Shown in pieces: positions 53,189 to 64,000 of a stretch of 64,000 nt of DNA. The notes below the pieces were generated by a model. It was not told the origin of the DNA and ran no database searches. It saw only the letters and a list, made by a program, of their open reading frames with translations. The DNA lies in NCBI GenBank assembly GCA_951406725.2, contig OX597821.1:22878001-22942000 (forward strand), given 5' to 3'. Made by a program: the position numbers and the translations under genes. How positions within the stretch are numbered: position 1 is the stretch's first letter; each line of letters opens with the position of its first letter. This stretch comes from Octopus vulgaris (Eukaryota).

Positions 53189-54039
53189 TGTATGTATGTA
53201 TGTATGTATGTATGTATTTCTTGACCAGTTCATCTTCATAATAAACATTGCCCTGTATGTATGTGTGTGAAATGATTGATGGTATTTCATCTGTCTTTAC
53301 ATTCTGAGTTCAAATTCCACTGAAATCGATTTTGTCTCCCATCCTTTTGGGATCAATAGAATAAGATCCAGCTGAGCACCGAGGTTAATATAATCAACTT
53401 AACTATTCCTGGGCATGAGTACAAAAAAAACTGTATCTCTTTGCCAAGCTATGTCAAGACATTCTCTTGTAGAGAGAATATGCTGAGGCCCTTGTCCTGC
53501 AGTTGGACTTAACATGGTCAATCCAATCCATGTGTTGTATACATTTCTGTCCAACTAGATTAAATGCATCATCATTTACATCTGCTTTCCATGCAGGCAT
53601 GGACTGAACAGCTCAACATGTCCCAACAAGGGCTGAGTTCAATTCCTGGCAGCACATTTATTGTACTAACTAATTATGTACTACTATTATTTTTTAGGAC
53701 CTATTTTCAAATTTATAATTATTAATTGATAATTTTAAAAAATGAATATTTTTTAAAGTGCAAAAAATATTTTGAGTTATTTTTTTATTTTTAATAGAAG
53801 CAACAAGTAATAACAAATAGAAATAATAACTTGTAATAAAGTTTTTAGTTTTAATAAATGCTAATATTTTCTAAATCTAAATATTTTATTTGAAACTTTA
53901 TCCTTAGTTGTAATATTTTAAGTAAAAAATTTCTTTTTTCTGTACTTTACCAGATGTAATAACTTGTCCTGTAATTTTCGAGGTTTATAATCTTATGAAT
54001 ATTATTTCTCTTGCTTGCATTTTTCCATGTAATATATAT

Positions 54040-54303
54040 GTTGGGTCATCCCATAAATAATGTGGGTTTTTTTTATACTTCTTTTATTTTTCAAAATTAA
54101 GATAACCAAAGTTCTTTTCAAATCTAAAATATACGCTCCTTCCTTTTCTACAATGCTCCTCCAATACTATTCTGACCTCATCTACAGAATTCATATTTTT
54201 TCCATCCAAATAATTTTGAAGACTGCAGAATAAATAATAATCAGATAGGGCAACGTCTGGTGAATATGAAGGGTGGGGCATCGTTTCTCATTCAAACTGC
54301 TTC
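54040..54303 (-). mobile_element. Mariner transposase 3' fragment with terminal region
   Basis: PHPSYSPDVALSDYYLF (YSPDLAPSDY motif). Confidence 0.85.
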
Positions 54304-54727
54304 ATCATCCTTTAACGTCCACATTTCCATGCTGGCATGAATTGGGTGGTTTGACCAGAGCTAGCAAACTGGAGAACAGCATCAGGTTCCAGTCTGACTT
54401 GGCCTGGTTTCTATGTGTGAATGTCCTTCCTAATGCCAACGACTTAACAGTGTAGTGCTGGGTGCTTTTAGCGTGGCACTGGCACAAGCACTTTTAAGTG
54501 GCATCGGCACAAGTGCCTTTTATGTAGTACCAGCACATATACTCTGTGGGGTGGATGGTAGTAGGAAGGGATCCAGCCACGAAAACATTGCCAAAATAGA
54601 CACAGTCATCTACTGTAGTCTTCTATCTGGCCAGCTCCTGTCAAACCATCCAATCCCTGCCAGCATGGAAGGCAGACATGGTGATGATGATGATATATAT
54701 ATATATATATCCATAGCACTTTGCCTC

Positions 54728-54831
54728 CTAAGTACCAGTTACGCACTGGGGTCGATGTAATCGACTTAATCCCTTTGTCTGTCCTTGTTTGTCCCCTCTG
54801 TGTTTAGCCCCTTGTGGGTAGTAAAGAAATA
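54728..54831 (+). mobile_element. 5'-truncated SINE family B with Tx1-like tail
   Basis: Tail sequence present; ATATATATATCCATA occurs on both sides. Confidence 0.82.
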
Positions 54832-55254
54832 GATATATATATCCATATTCTATATGTTCGTTTCATCCAGGAGTTCTGAAATGATCACTGTGGCTGACCT
54901 CCCACCACCCTGAGAGGACAGAATTGACATTTCTCATCGACAGAAGATAGCCATCCAACAAAAGATAGAGTTATGGCAGCTGAGACCAGCTCAATATGAC
55001 TGTGATTAAGAAGAGACTGCAGATGGAACAACACTGATTGTGAAGGCTAATTCAGTCCTTGCTGCTCCACATAGTTAAAGTGGATTGGGTGAGCGGTGAA
55101 ACCCTTGTGACCCTGAGATACCTGCTGAAGATAAAGAAGGGTCTTCAACATTGCAATAGCTTTAGTCACCAACAGGAGAAGAGATTGTGATATCTTTAAG
55201 TAGCTCCTGCAGTTTCTGCGTGGGGTAAAGCATCTCTGATGTTTGTATCCCTTA

Positions 55255-55283
55255 TGTATATGTGCATGTGTGTACATACATAC

Positions 55284-55341
<58 letters not shown>

Positions 55342-55391
55342 CATATTCACATATATGTATATCATGTGTGTGTGTGTGTATTTATATATAT

Positions 55392-55446
<55 letters not shown>

Positions 55447-55498
55447 CATATACACATATATGTATATCATGTGTGTGTGTGTGTGTATTTATATATAT

Positions 55499-55597
<99 letters not shown>

Positions 55598-56039
55598 GGT
55601 AGGTAAACAAAATAAAGTAGTATAATACATATTATACAGTTATCTGTATATATATGCATTTGCACACACAATTTGCTGTTTGTGTCTACAAATGAAGAAA
55701 AGGGAGAGTGAGAGAGAGAAAGAGAGGAATAGAGAGAGAGGAAGAGAGAGAAGTAGTCATCAGTATGCAATGTATAACTTATTTACTCTTTCATCTCTTC
55801 ATTTCTAAATCATTCATTCTCCTTGTGTTGCTATTTCAAGTCTGTGAGGAGAACTTGATATGGTATTGGTGGGAGGGAGCTTAGGTGTTGGGACTTTATG
55901 AATACTCACCATATACACACATGTTGCACACACACACACACACACACACATATTCATAGATACTTCCAGATACCAGTGATGATGATGATGATGATGATGT
56001 ATATACATATATATATGTATATATATATGTATGTATATA

Positions 56040-56120
<81 letters not shown>

Positions 56121-56230
56121 GTATGTATATAGAAATAGACACACACAGAGTCAAACATAGGCACACACACACACACGTACATGATATATGTATATGCATA
56201 ATATATATTCATCATCATCATCATCATCGT
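55255..56230. repeat. Cluster of (TA)n, (CA)n, (GA)n, (TATG)n and (CAT)n microsatellites
   Basis: Seen directly. Confidence 0.97.
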
Positions 56231-56469
56231 TTAACATCCGCTTTCCATGCTAGCATGGGTTGGACGATTTTGACTGAGGGCTGGCAAACCAGATGGCTGC
56301 ACCAGGCTCTAATCTTGATCTGGCAGAGTTTCTGCAGCTGGATGTCTGTATGTATGTGTGTGTGTGTGTGTGTATGTGTGTGTGTTGTGTGTGTGTGTGT
56401 GTTAAATAAAATGAGACAACAAAGCCAGGGCTGTGTGAAATTTCTAGGACATTTATAAAGAGAAAGGTA

Positions 56470-56517
56470 GTCTTACAGCTGTTTCAAGGATATATGGGAT
56501 ATTTCTTCATCAGAGAC
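56470..56517 (-). ncRNA. Minimal hammerhead ribozyme motif
   Basis: GTCT-CTGATGA-AGAAATAT CCCAT ATATCCTT-GAAA-CAGCTG-TA-AGAC. Core intact, stem II has two mismatches. Confidence 0.7.
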
Positions 56518-57019
56518 GATATGAGTGAGTTAAAGAGAGGGAAATAGTTGAGTTCAATATAAGAAGTTATTTTGCAAAGGGAGAGATACAGGAAGTATAA
56601 AGGGAAATAAGAGAATAAAGATAAAAATATATGTTGGTTGTTACAGTTGCAGTTCTGTTATGCAAGGAAAAGGATGTGTAGAATGGATAGAAAGGCTTCT
56701 TGTCCGTGGTATGCAAATTCTGATAGGAGTTCATATTTTGTTATTACAAATGGGTAGAGCGGTGACATTAATTCCATGTGCTGTTCACTCGAAGGGGACA
56801 CGTAGTGTGAATAAAATTTTGAGAAAGTACTGGTAGGGGTAAGAAGACAGAGAGAAGAGAATAGAATGTTAGAAGGGGGAGAATGGTATTAGTCAAAATT
56901 GGTATTGATCCTGGAAAGATAAAAAGCAAAGTTGACTTCTGTGGAAATTGAACCCAGAACGTAAAGACGGGTGAAATGCCACTAAGCATTGCTAATGATA
57001 CTGCCAGTTTGCCACACTT

Positions 57020-57530
57020 AATAATGATAACAAATGCCCAGATGCTGTACCAGGCAGTAGCTCTCATGTTTTTTGATCTTAATTGGTGTACATTGTTTGT
57101 CTTGATATAAAAGATGGGCTACAAAAAATATTCTGCTCAATACCATAGATTTGCTTGTCACTTGTTTAACCTTAACCAGTTGAGCATGTCCCTTGTTGAT
57201 TGACAATATGTGTATCTTTGATCACAAGCAGAAATAGTAGGTAGGGGGCAACATAGCCATGTGTTGAGGGGAATTCTTTGGGGTTTGACTTATTCACCTC
57301 TGGAAACATGGATGTTTTGTTCATCATCCCTAAACAACCTTTATTGGGGAACCATTTCAGTGGGATAGGCTACTCAACCTGAACGTAATTCTAACTGGGC
57401 CACCCATGCAAGGTTATGCACTGTTTATCTTGATATAAGATTACCATGTCACACACATATGGTTGAGAATCATGAGCCTGATGTACCCTTATCAGATGGG
57501 TAGTCATGATAGGGATATTGGGCTTCGTGG
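57020..57530 (+). mobile_element. Second copy of the repeat at 8536-9000
   Basis: Collinear similarity with 8536-8950. Confidence 0.8.
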
Positions 57531-58494
57531 TTATTTTCTGAAAAATTAAGAAGATTTTTAAATGTTTTAATTAGAATAATTTTAAATTAAGTTTCAGCTG
57601 TACACATAATTTTCTACAGAAATACCTAATATTGGCTTCAAATTTTGGCACAAGGCAAGTAGTTTTGAGATAGTAGGTAAGTCAATTACATCGCCCCCAG
57701 TGCTCAACTGGTACTTATTTTATTGACCCCGAAAGAATGGAAGGTAAAGTCAACCTTGGAAGAATTTGAACTCAGAATGTACAGCTGACTGAAATGCTAT
57801 TAAACATTTTGAAACAGCAAATCATCATCATCATCATTATTATTCTTTAATGTCTGCCCTCCATGTTGGTTGGCATGGGTGGGATGGTTTGACTGGAGCT
57901 GGCCAGGCAGAAGCCTGCAGCAGACTTCTATGCCTGTATTGGCAGGATTTTTACAGCTTGATGCCCTTCCTAACATCAACCATTCAGCTGAGTGGAGTGG
58001 ATGCCTTTTAAGGGGCACCTGCACTGACAGGGTCACCAAGTACCTTGCAAGACAAAAAAAAAATCTTTTGAGAGGGGAGGGGTCATTGGAGGAGGTGATC
58101 TTGTGTCGGATGATGAACAGGTTATAGTGAGACAGAGAGACAGAAACAGGTGTCTTGCTGTAGAGGAGGTACAAGGTTACCCAGCTGGTGGGGGTGGGGA
58201 ACAGAAAGAGAGAGAGATCAGGAATGAAGACAGAAACAGGTATGTTATTGCAAAGGAAATACATGGTTACCCAGCCAAAGGGAAGAACAGGAGAAGGAGA
58301 GAGCAGGATAGAGATGGTGGCAAAGTGCTGGGCAAACTCACAAGGGACAGGGATCAGAATATAAATGGGATGGTTGAGTAAAGGAAGAGAGAGATGTCGA
58401 TGGTGGCAAGTGCCAGAGCATACCCTTAAGGTTCGAACTTCGTGATATAAGTGGCAGGATATTGTGAAAGATGTGTGATTAGAGAGAATGGAAG

Positions 58495-58855
58495 GAGGCT
58501 ACTGGATAGCAATGATACAGAGAAACAGGGCTGTGAGGACAGGATTGGGGAGTGAGAGGCAGGCATAGTGTATGAAGGAGGAAATGTGAGGAAGAGGAAT
58601 GGAGATGTAGATTGGTTTGTTGGGGGTAGGATGTGTGAAAAGTTTTCTTGTAAATGTGGGTAGAATACATTTTGGGGGCTAGCTGATAGCAATGATACAG
58701 TGAGACAGGGCCAAGGGGAAAGGAGTGGGGAATGGGAGGTAAGCATAGTACATGAAGTGGAAATATGTGGAAGAGAAGAAATGTAGAGATGTAGTTTGGC
58801 TTGTTGGAGTAGTGTGTGTGAGAAGTTCTCTGGTTAAGTGTGGGTGGGACATACA
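58495..58855. repeat. Diverged tandem duplication, unit about 180 bp
   Basis: GATAGCAATGATACAG.GA.ACAGGGC...GCATAGT...GGAGATGTAG occurs at about 58505 and 58685. Confidence 0.75.
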
Positions 58856-59524
58856 GTGCTTCTAGAAATCAGTTTCAGTAACATGGACAGGTCTTCCCAA
58901 GAACCTAAGCAGCTACGTACATCCAATTTTTAATCATGTAATTGTTTTAAGTCTGTAAATTGTCCACTAAATTATTTATGTATTTCAAAAGTCATTGTAT
59001 ACTGTACAGAAGTATCTACAGCTAAGTCACTTTCTAAGGATTATATCAGGTTAACAAGAATCATTTTAAGTTAAGATTCTATCAACAACAACAAAGTTAC
59101 AGAAATCTTGAAGGTTTATTTTTCTTTCAAAGAAAGTACATTTGGTACTTAATACATAACAATGAATTAAAAATGAAAAAAACTGTAAAATTATTAGAAC
59201 ATATCATACCAAACATTGTAATCAGGGTAATGAGGGCTGTAACAACTGTATTTTAGAGTAAATGATTATGTTCATCCATAAGGAGTCTATCTTAAAAACC
59301 ATTTAGAGCTAATATCGATTTACCGCAATTCAAAACGTTTGTTCATCTAGTGTCATTTGGTGCCTATTTTCAGTACGTGGAGAGGTTCGTTTCCAATCCT
59401 TTGTTGTAATTATGTATATAATTATTAATATAATATTTAGAAAATTTACCTATAAGGTTTTTATTTTTGTGATGACCACCTGATGAAATCATGAATGATT
59501 TTATCCTTTATGATATAAATAATA

Positions 59525-59575
<51 letters not shown>

Positions 59576-59579
<4 letters not shown>

Positions 59580-59689
59580 GTAATATGTGACAATTATTTG
59601 GTAGCCATGATAAAACTCCAAGTTTCGGATGTCGGGGTGGAAACTCGTAGTTTATCATGGCTACCAAATAATTGTCACATATTACATTT
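59576..59689. repeat. Perfect 39-bp inverted repeat with 36-bp spacer
   Basis: Arms at 59576-59614 and 59651-59689. Confidence 0.95.
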
Positions 59690-59765
59690 ATAGATAAATT
59701 CCTCTATTTACATAATATCGAGGTCTCTTTCATTCTTTTGTTGCCTTGCCATTTCTATCAATATA

Positions 59766-59801
<36 letters not shown>

Positions 59802-59844
59802 TGTATGTATGTATGTATGTATGTATGTATGTATGTGTGTGTGT

Positions 59845-59884
<40 letters not shown>

Positions 59885-59987
59885 ATATTTTGTGAATGAA
59901 ATTAGTTTAGTAGACAGAAAGTATAAGAAGCAGGTCATGTGTATATGGGTATGTATATACATGTACATATGTATGTATATATGTATG

Positions 59988-60033
<46 letters not shown>

Positions 60034-60267
60034 TATATATATCCATGTAAATATATGTATGTGTATGTATCCCAAAAGGTAAATAGATACCATTGATTCC
60101 AGAAGTTAAATGATCCTTTTATCTTATCTCCAAAAGGGATGAAAGACAACATTGACCTTGGTGTGACTTGACCTCAGAATAGAAAGTACTAGAAAAATTG
60201 TTGCAAGGCAATTTGTACAACACCCCAACCAGATTGTCACTCCACCATCCTCATATGTATACGTAAG

Positions 60268-60298
<31 letters not shown>

Positions 60299-60478
60299 GT
60301 GTGTGTATGTATGTGTGTGTGTATGTATGTGTGTGAGAGAGAGAGAGAGAGACATTTTTTTCTCGGGCACTGCATCACTACCTTCCTCTCATCTCCTCCT
60401 CAACTACTCCCACACACTTCTATATATAATAGTGGGTGGCCATGGCAATAGCAAGAGGCCTACACCTGTCCGCTATCT

Positions 60479-60767
60479 TGTTATTTATTTTTTACATTAA
60501 CCTTAATCTTATTTCAGCCAGAGTTCTTTTGTCACTCTCCTGTGACCGCATCAGTGGTCCTTTGTTTTCTTCTTTCTTATTTGTGTCTCTCCTTACTAAC
60601 ATTAGCCATTTTCTAACTGTTAGCCATTTTATAAAATGGCTAATGGTTAGTAAGGAGAGACACAAATAAGAAAGAAGAAAACAAAGGACCACTGATGCGG
60701 TCACAGGAGAGTGACAAAAGAACTCTGGCTGAAATAAGATTAAGATTAATGTAAAAAATAAATAACA
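60479..60767. repeat. 122-bp inverted repeat with one mismatch
   Basis: Arms at 60479-60600 and 60646-60767; the spacer is itself partly palindromic. Confidence 0.95.
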
Positions 60768-60844
60768 CTGAAGCAAAATAACACCAAATATATAGTGCGT
60801 GTGTTTTTATTGGGTAAACTGGCAAAATGACCATTCCGAAATAT

Positions 60845-60895
<51 letters not shown>

Positions 60896-61063
60896 CATCA
60901 TCAGTGGCACGTAAAAAGCACCCACTACACTCGCGGAGTGGTTTGCGTTAGGAAGGGCATCCAGCTGTAGAAACTCTGCCAGATCAGACTGGAGCCTGGT
61001 TGAACCGTCCAACCCGTGCTAGCGCGGGAAACGGACGTTAAACGATGATGATGATGATGATGA

Positions 61064-61140
<77 letters not shown>

Positions 61141-61145
<5 letters not shown>

Positions 61146-61470
61146 ATGGCTCAGTGGTTAGAGCGTCGAGCTTATGATCGTGAGGTTGTGAGCTCAAATC
61201 CCGGACCGGGCTGCGTGTTGTGTTCTTGAGCAAGGCACTTTATTTCACGTTGCTCCAGTTCACTCAGCTGTAGAAATGAGTTGCGACGTCACTGGTGCCA
61301 AGCTGTATCGACCTTTGTCTTTCCCTTGGATAACACTGGTGGCGTGGAGAGGGAGGCTGGTATGCATGGGCGACTGCTGGTCTTCCATAAACAACCGTGC
61401 CCGGACTTGTGTCTAGGAGGGTAACTTTCTAGGTGCAATCCCATGGTTATTCATGACCGAAGGGGGTCTT

Positions 61471-61476
<6 letters not shown>
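61141..61476 (+). mobile_element. tRNA-derived SINE family C, embedded in (TA)n
   Basis: TGGCTCAGTGG A-box, GAGCTCAAATCC B-box-like, central GTGTTCTTGAGCAAGGCACTT domain; homolog at 30365. Confidence 0.9.
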
Positions 61477-61531
<55 letters not shown>

Positions 61532-62205
61532 TATATATAAAAAGTAAAAGATATATATATATATAAGTATATGTATATATGTGTATATATACATACAAAC
61601 ATATAATTAAAAATTTTTTATGGAAATTAATGAACTCCGGATGATAAGCAAAAGATCGTCATTTGCTTGAAAATAATAAAAAAAAACATTAAAATATTGT
61701 CTGTTTAAAAGAAGCTAAACTATAAACACTCACTGTACAAACAACTCACATTTTTGAAATCAGATTCAGTTTAAAATATTTCTAAATTATAAAAATATTG
61801 TGTATGTCAAAAAGTCAAGGTTTTTTTTCCTTAGAGAATGCGAAGACTATGTCTGTGTATATGTCACAGATAGCAGACGTGTTTGTGTTGATTGAGCCAT
61901 GACTTCATTATATGTGCATGTGTGTTGACGGTGCAGAAGCAATGCTTATTTTTTGTCAAAACATAAACAAAAATTGTGTTTAATCATTCTCCTTAATAAA
62001 TAGAGTCTCAAATATCACAAAAATTTGTACTGCACTGCTGAAGGTATGTATGAAAATAAATATGCAAAAATATTTAGATAAAATATACTATCTCTGGGAT
62101 ATTTCAGGTACACACAAACGTCTCTAAAGTTTTAGTATTATCAAGATATATATATGTGTGTGTGTGCATATATACCCACACACACATGTACATATATATA
62201 TATAT

Positions 62206-62436
62206 ATTTCTTTATTGCCCATAGGGGACTAAACATAGAGGGGACAAACAAGGACAGACAAAGGGATTAAGTCGATTATACCAACTCCAGTGTGTAACTG
62301 GTTCTTATTTAATCGACCCCAAAAGGATGAAAGGCAAAGTTGACCTCGGCGGAATTTGAACTCAGAACGTAATGGTAGGCAAAATACCGCTAAGCATTTT
62401 GCCTGGCGTGCTAATGATTCTGCCAGTTCACCACCC
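62206..62436 (-). mobile_element. SINE family B with Tx1-like tail
   Basis: Homolog of 31322-31574. Confidence 0.88.
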
Positions 62437-62459
62437 TACTCACACACATATATTTTTTG

Positions 62460-64000
62460 CTCTCTTACTTGTTTCAGTCAACTGACTGTGGCCATGCTGG
62501 AGCACTGCCTTTAGTTGAACAAATCAACCCCAAGACTTATTCTTTGTAAGCCTAGTACTTATTCTATTGATCTCTTTTGCTGAACCATTAAATTACGGGT
62601 ACATAAACACACTAACATTGGTTATCAAGTGATTGTGGAGGGACAAACACAGGCACACAAACATATATATATACAAGGGTTGGACAAAATAATGGAAACA
62701 TCTTAAAACTTCAAGCAAATTTATTTTAATATGGAGTAGGACTGCTTTGGCAGTAATTACAGCTTGAATTCTATGAGGCATGGACTTGTACAGAGTTTGA
62801 ATTGTTTCCAAAGGATATTTGGTCCATTTTTCAGCTAAAACAGTCTCCAGTTCTTGTAGCGATGATGGAGGAGGATATCAACTCCTTACTTTTTTTCTAA
62901 AATGCACCATAAATGTCCAATAATATTGAGAACTGGGGACTGTGGTGGCCAGATAAGATGTTCAGCATCACTAGAATATTCCTTGTGTCATTCAGTAACA
63001 ACTTTAGCTGTGAAAATTGGTACATTATCATCCTGAAAGATTGCGTTTCCCTCCGGAAACAGTTCCGCAACCTTAGGATTAATTCGATCAGATAAAATGC
63101 TTAAATAGTCTTGACTATTAATTCTACCATGAAGAGAAACCATTGGGATGGTGGATTTCCAAGATATAGCACCCCAGATCATCACAGATCCTCCTTCATA
63201 TTTAACAGTTGGAAGAAGGCAGTTTGGGTCAAATGCTTCTTCCGGCTGTCTCCACACATATACTCGGCCGGTGGTCAGAAATAGGGTATGTTTTTACTTC
63301 ACTCCAAATGCTTTGCAACATTTGTTTTTGAAAGTAGTGGTTTTCTGATTGCAGTCCACCCATGAAATCCAGCTTTGTGCAGCTCTCGGTAAACAGATTT
63401 TGTGGAAACTAGGTTCTTGAGGTGGTCATTAAGCTCCGCAGTAATTTTGGGAGCTGTACTTTTGTGATCCTTTCTAACAATTCGCCTAAGAATCCAACGG
63501 TCCCTATCTGAAAGTTTTGGATTTCTTCCAGAGTTTTGTTTTGACGAGGAGGTTTTTTCCCTTTTTCTCAAAGGCAATCATTGTTTTCAAGACAGTACTT
63601 CTTGATACACCAAACATTTCGGCTGTTTTCGTTATGCTAGCGCCTGCCATATGAGCACCAACAATTTGACCTCTTTGAAAGTCCGATAGATCTGTCATTT
63701 TCATGAATTTTAATTAGCTTTTTCTGATGATATCTGAAAAGAAACATCAATTTTAGCAAAACATATTAAGCAACACTAATAATAAATGAAATAACATAAA
63801 AATAAACAAGCTTTTGACGGTTTTATAGATATTTCAAAATTATGATGCTATGATGCTAGGTGTTTATTTTGTCCAATTCCTGTATATATATATAATGGGC
63901 TTCTTTCAGTTTCCTTCTACCAAATCAATACACACGGCTTTGGTCGGCCTAAGGCTATAGTAGAAGACAGTTGCCCAAGGTGCCATGCAATGGGACTGAA
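62460..64000 (-). mobile_element. SINE family A copy split by a Tc1 insertion
   Basis: Tail half at 62460-62672 and head half at 63884-64000 rejoin at the central (TA)n. Confidence 0.85.
62674..63882 (-). mobile_element. Tc1 transposon, degraded
   Basis: TIRs CAAGGGTTGGACAAAATAA / TTATTTTGTCCAATTCCTG in TA. Motifs MTDLSDFQRGQIVGA, SGR.PKLSDRDR, RKPLL, GGSVMIWG, FQDDN. Confidence 0.92.

Overview
AT-rich, repeat-saturated animal genomic DNA with no convincing host protein-coding gene. The SINE and microsatellite repertoire resembles octopus (inference). Most of the ORF track is microsatellite translation noise. The window is a nested collection of decayed mobile elements: Dong/R4-clade LINE pieces next to (TAA)n, a Tx1/L1-type LINE (ORF1, endonuclease, RT) plus two 3' fragments at GATA sites, three larger Ty3/Gypsy remnants, a full-length Chapaev3-like transposon, two Tc1 elements, mariner, hAT and piggyBac MITEs, two non-autonomous Helitrons, several tRNA-derived SINE families and many Penelope-like remnants. 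Three signals stand out. (1) About ten minimal hammerhead-ribozyme motifs with palindromic stem III, one apparently intact (38269-38355, minus strand). (2) A tRNA-headed, Pol III-type element carrying such a hammerhead (1456-1730). (3) A SINE family whose 3' tail matches the Tx1 3' end and whose target-site duplications contain AGATAC, suggesting a GATA-targeting Tx1/SINE pair. Everything was read by eye, so coordinates are approximate where no terminal repeat or target-site duplication fixes them.
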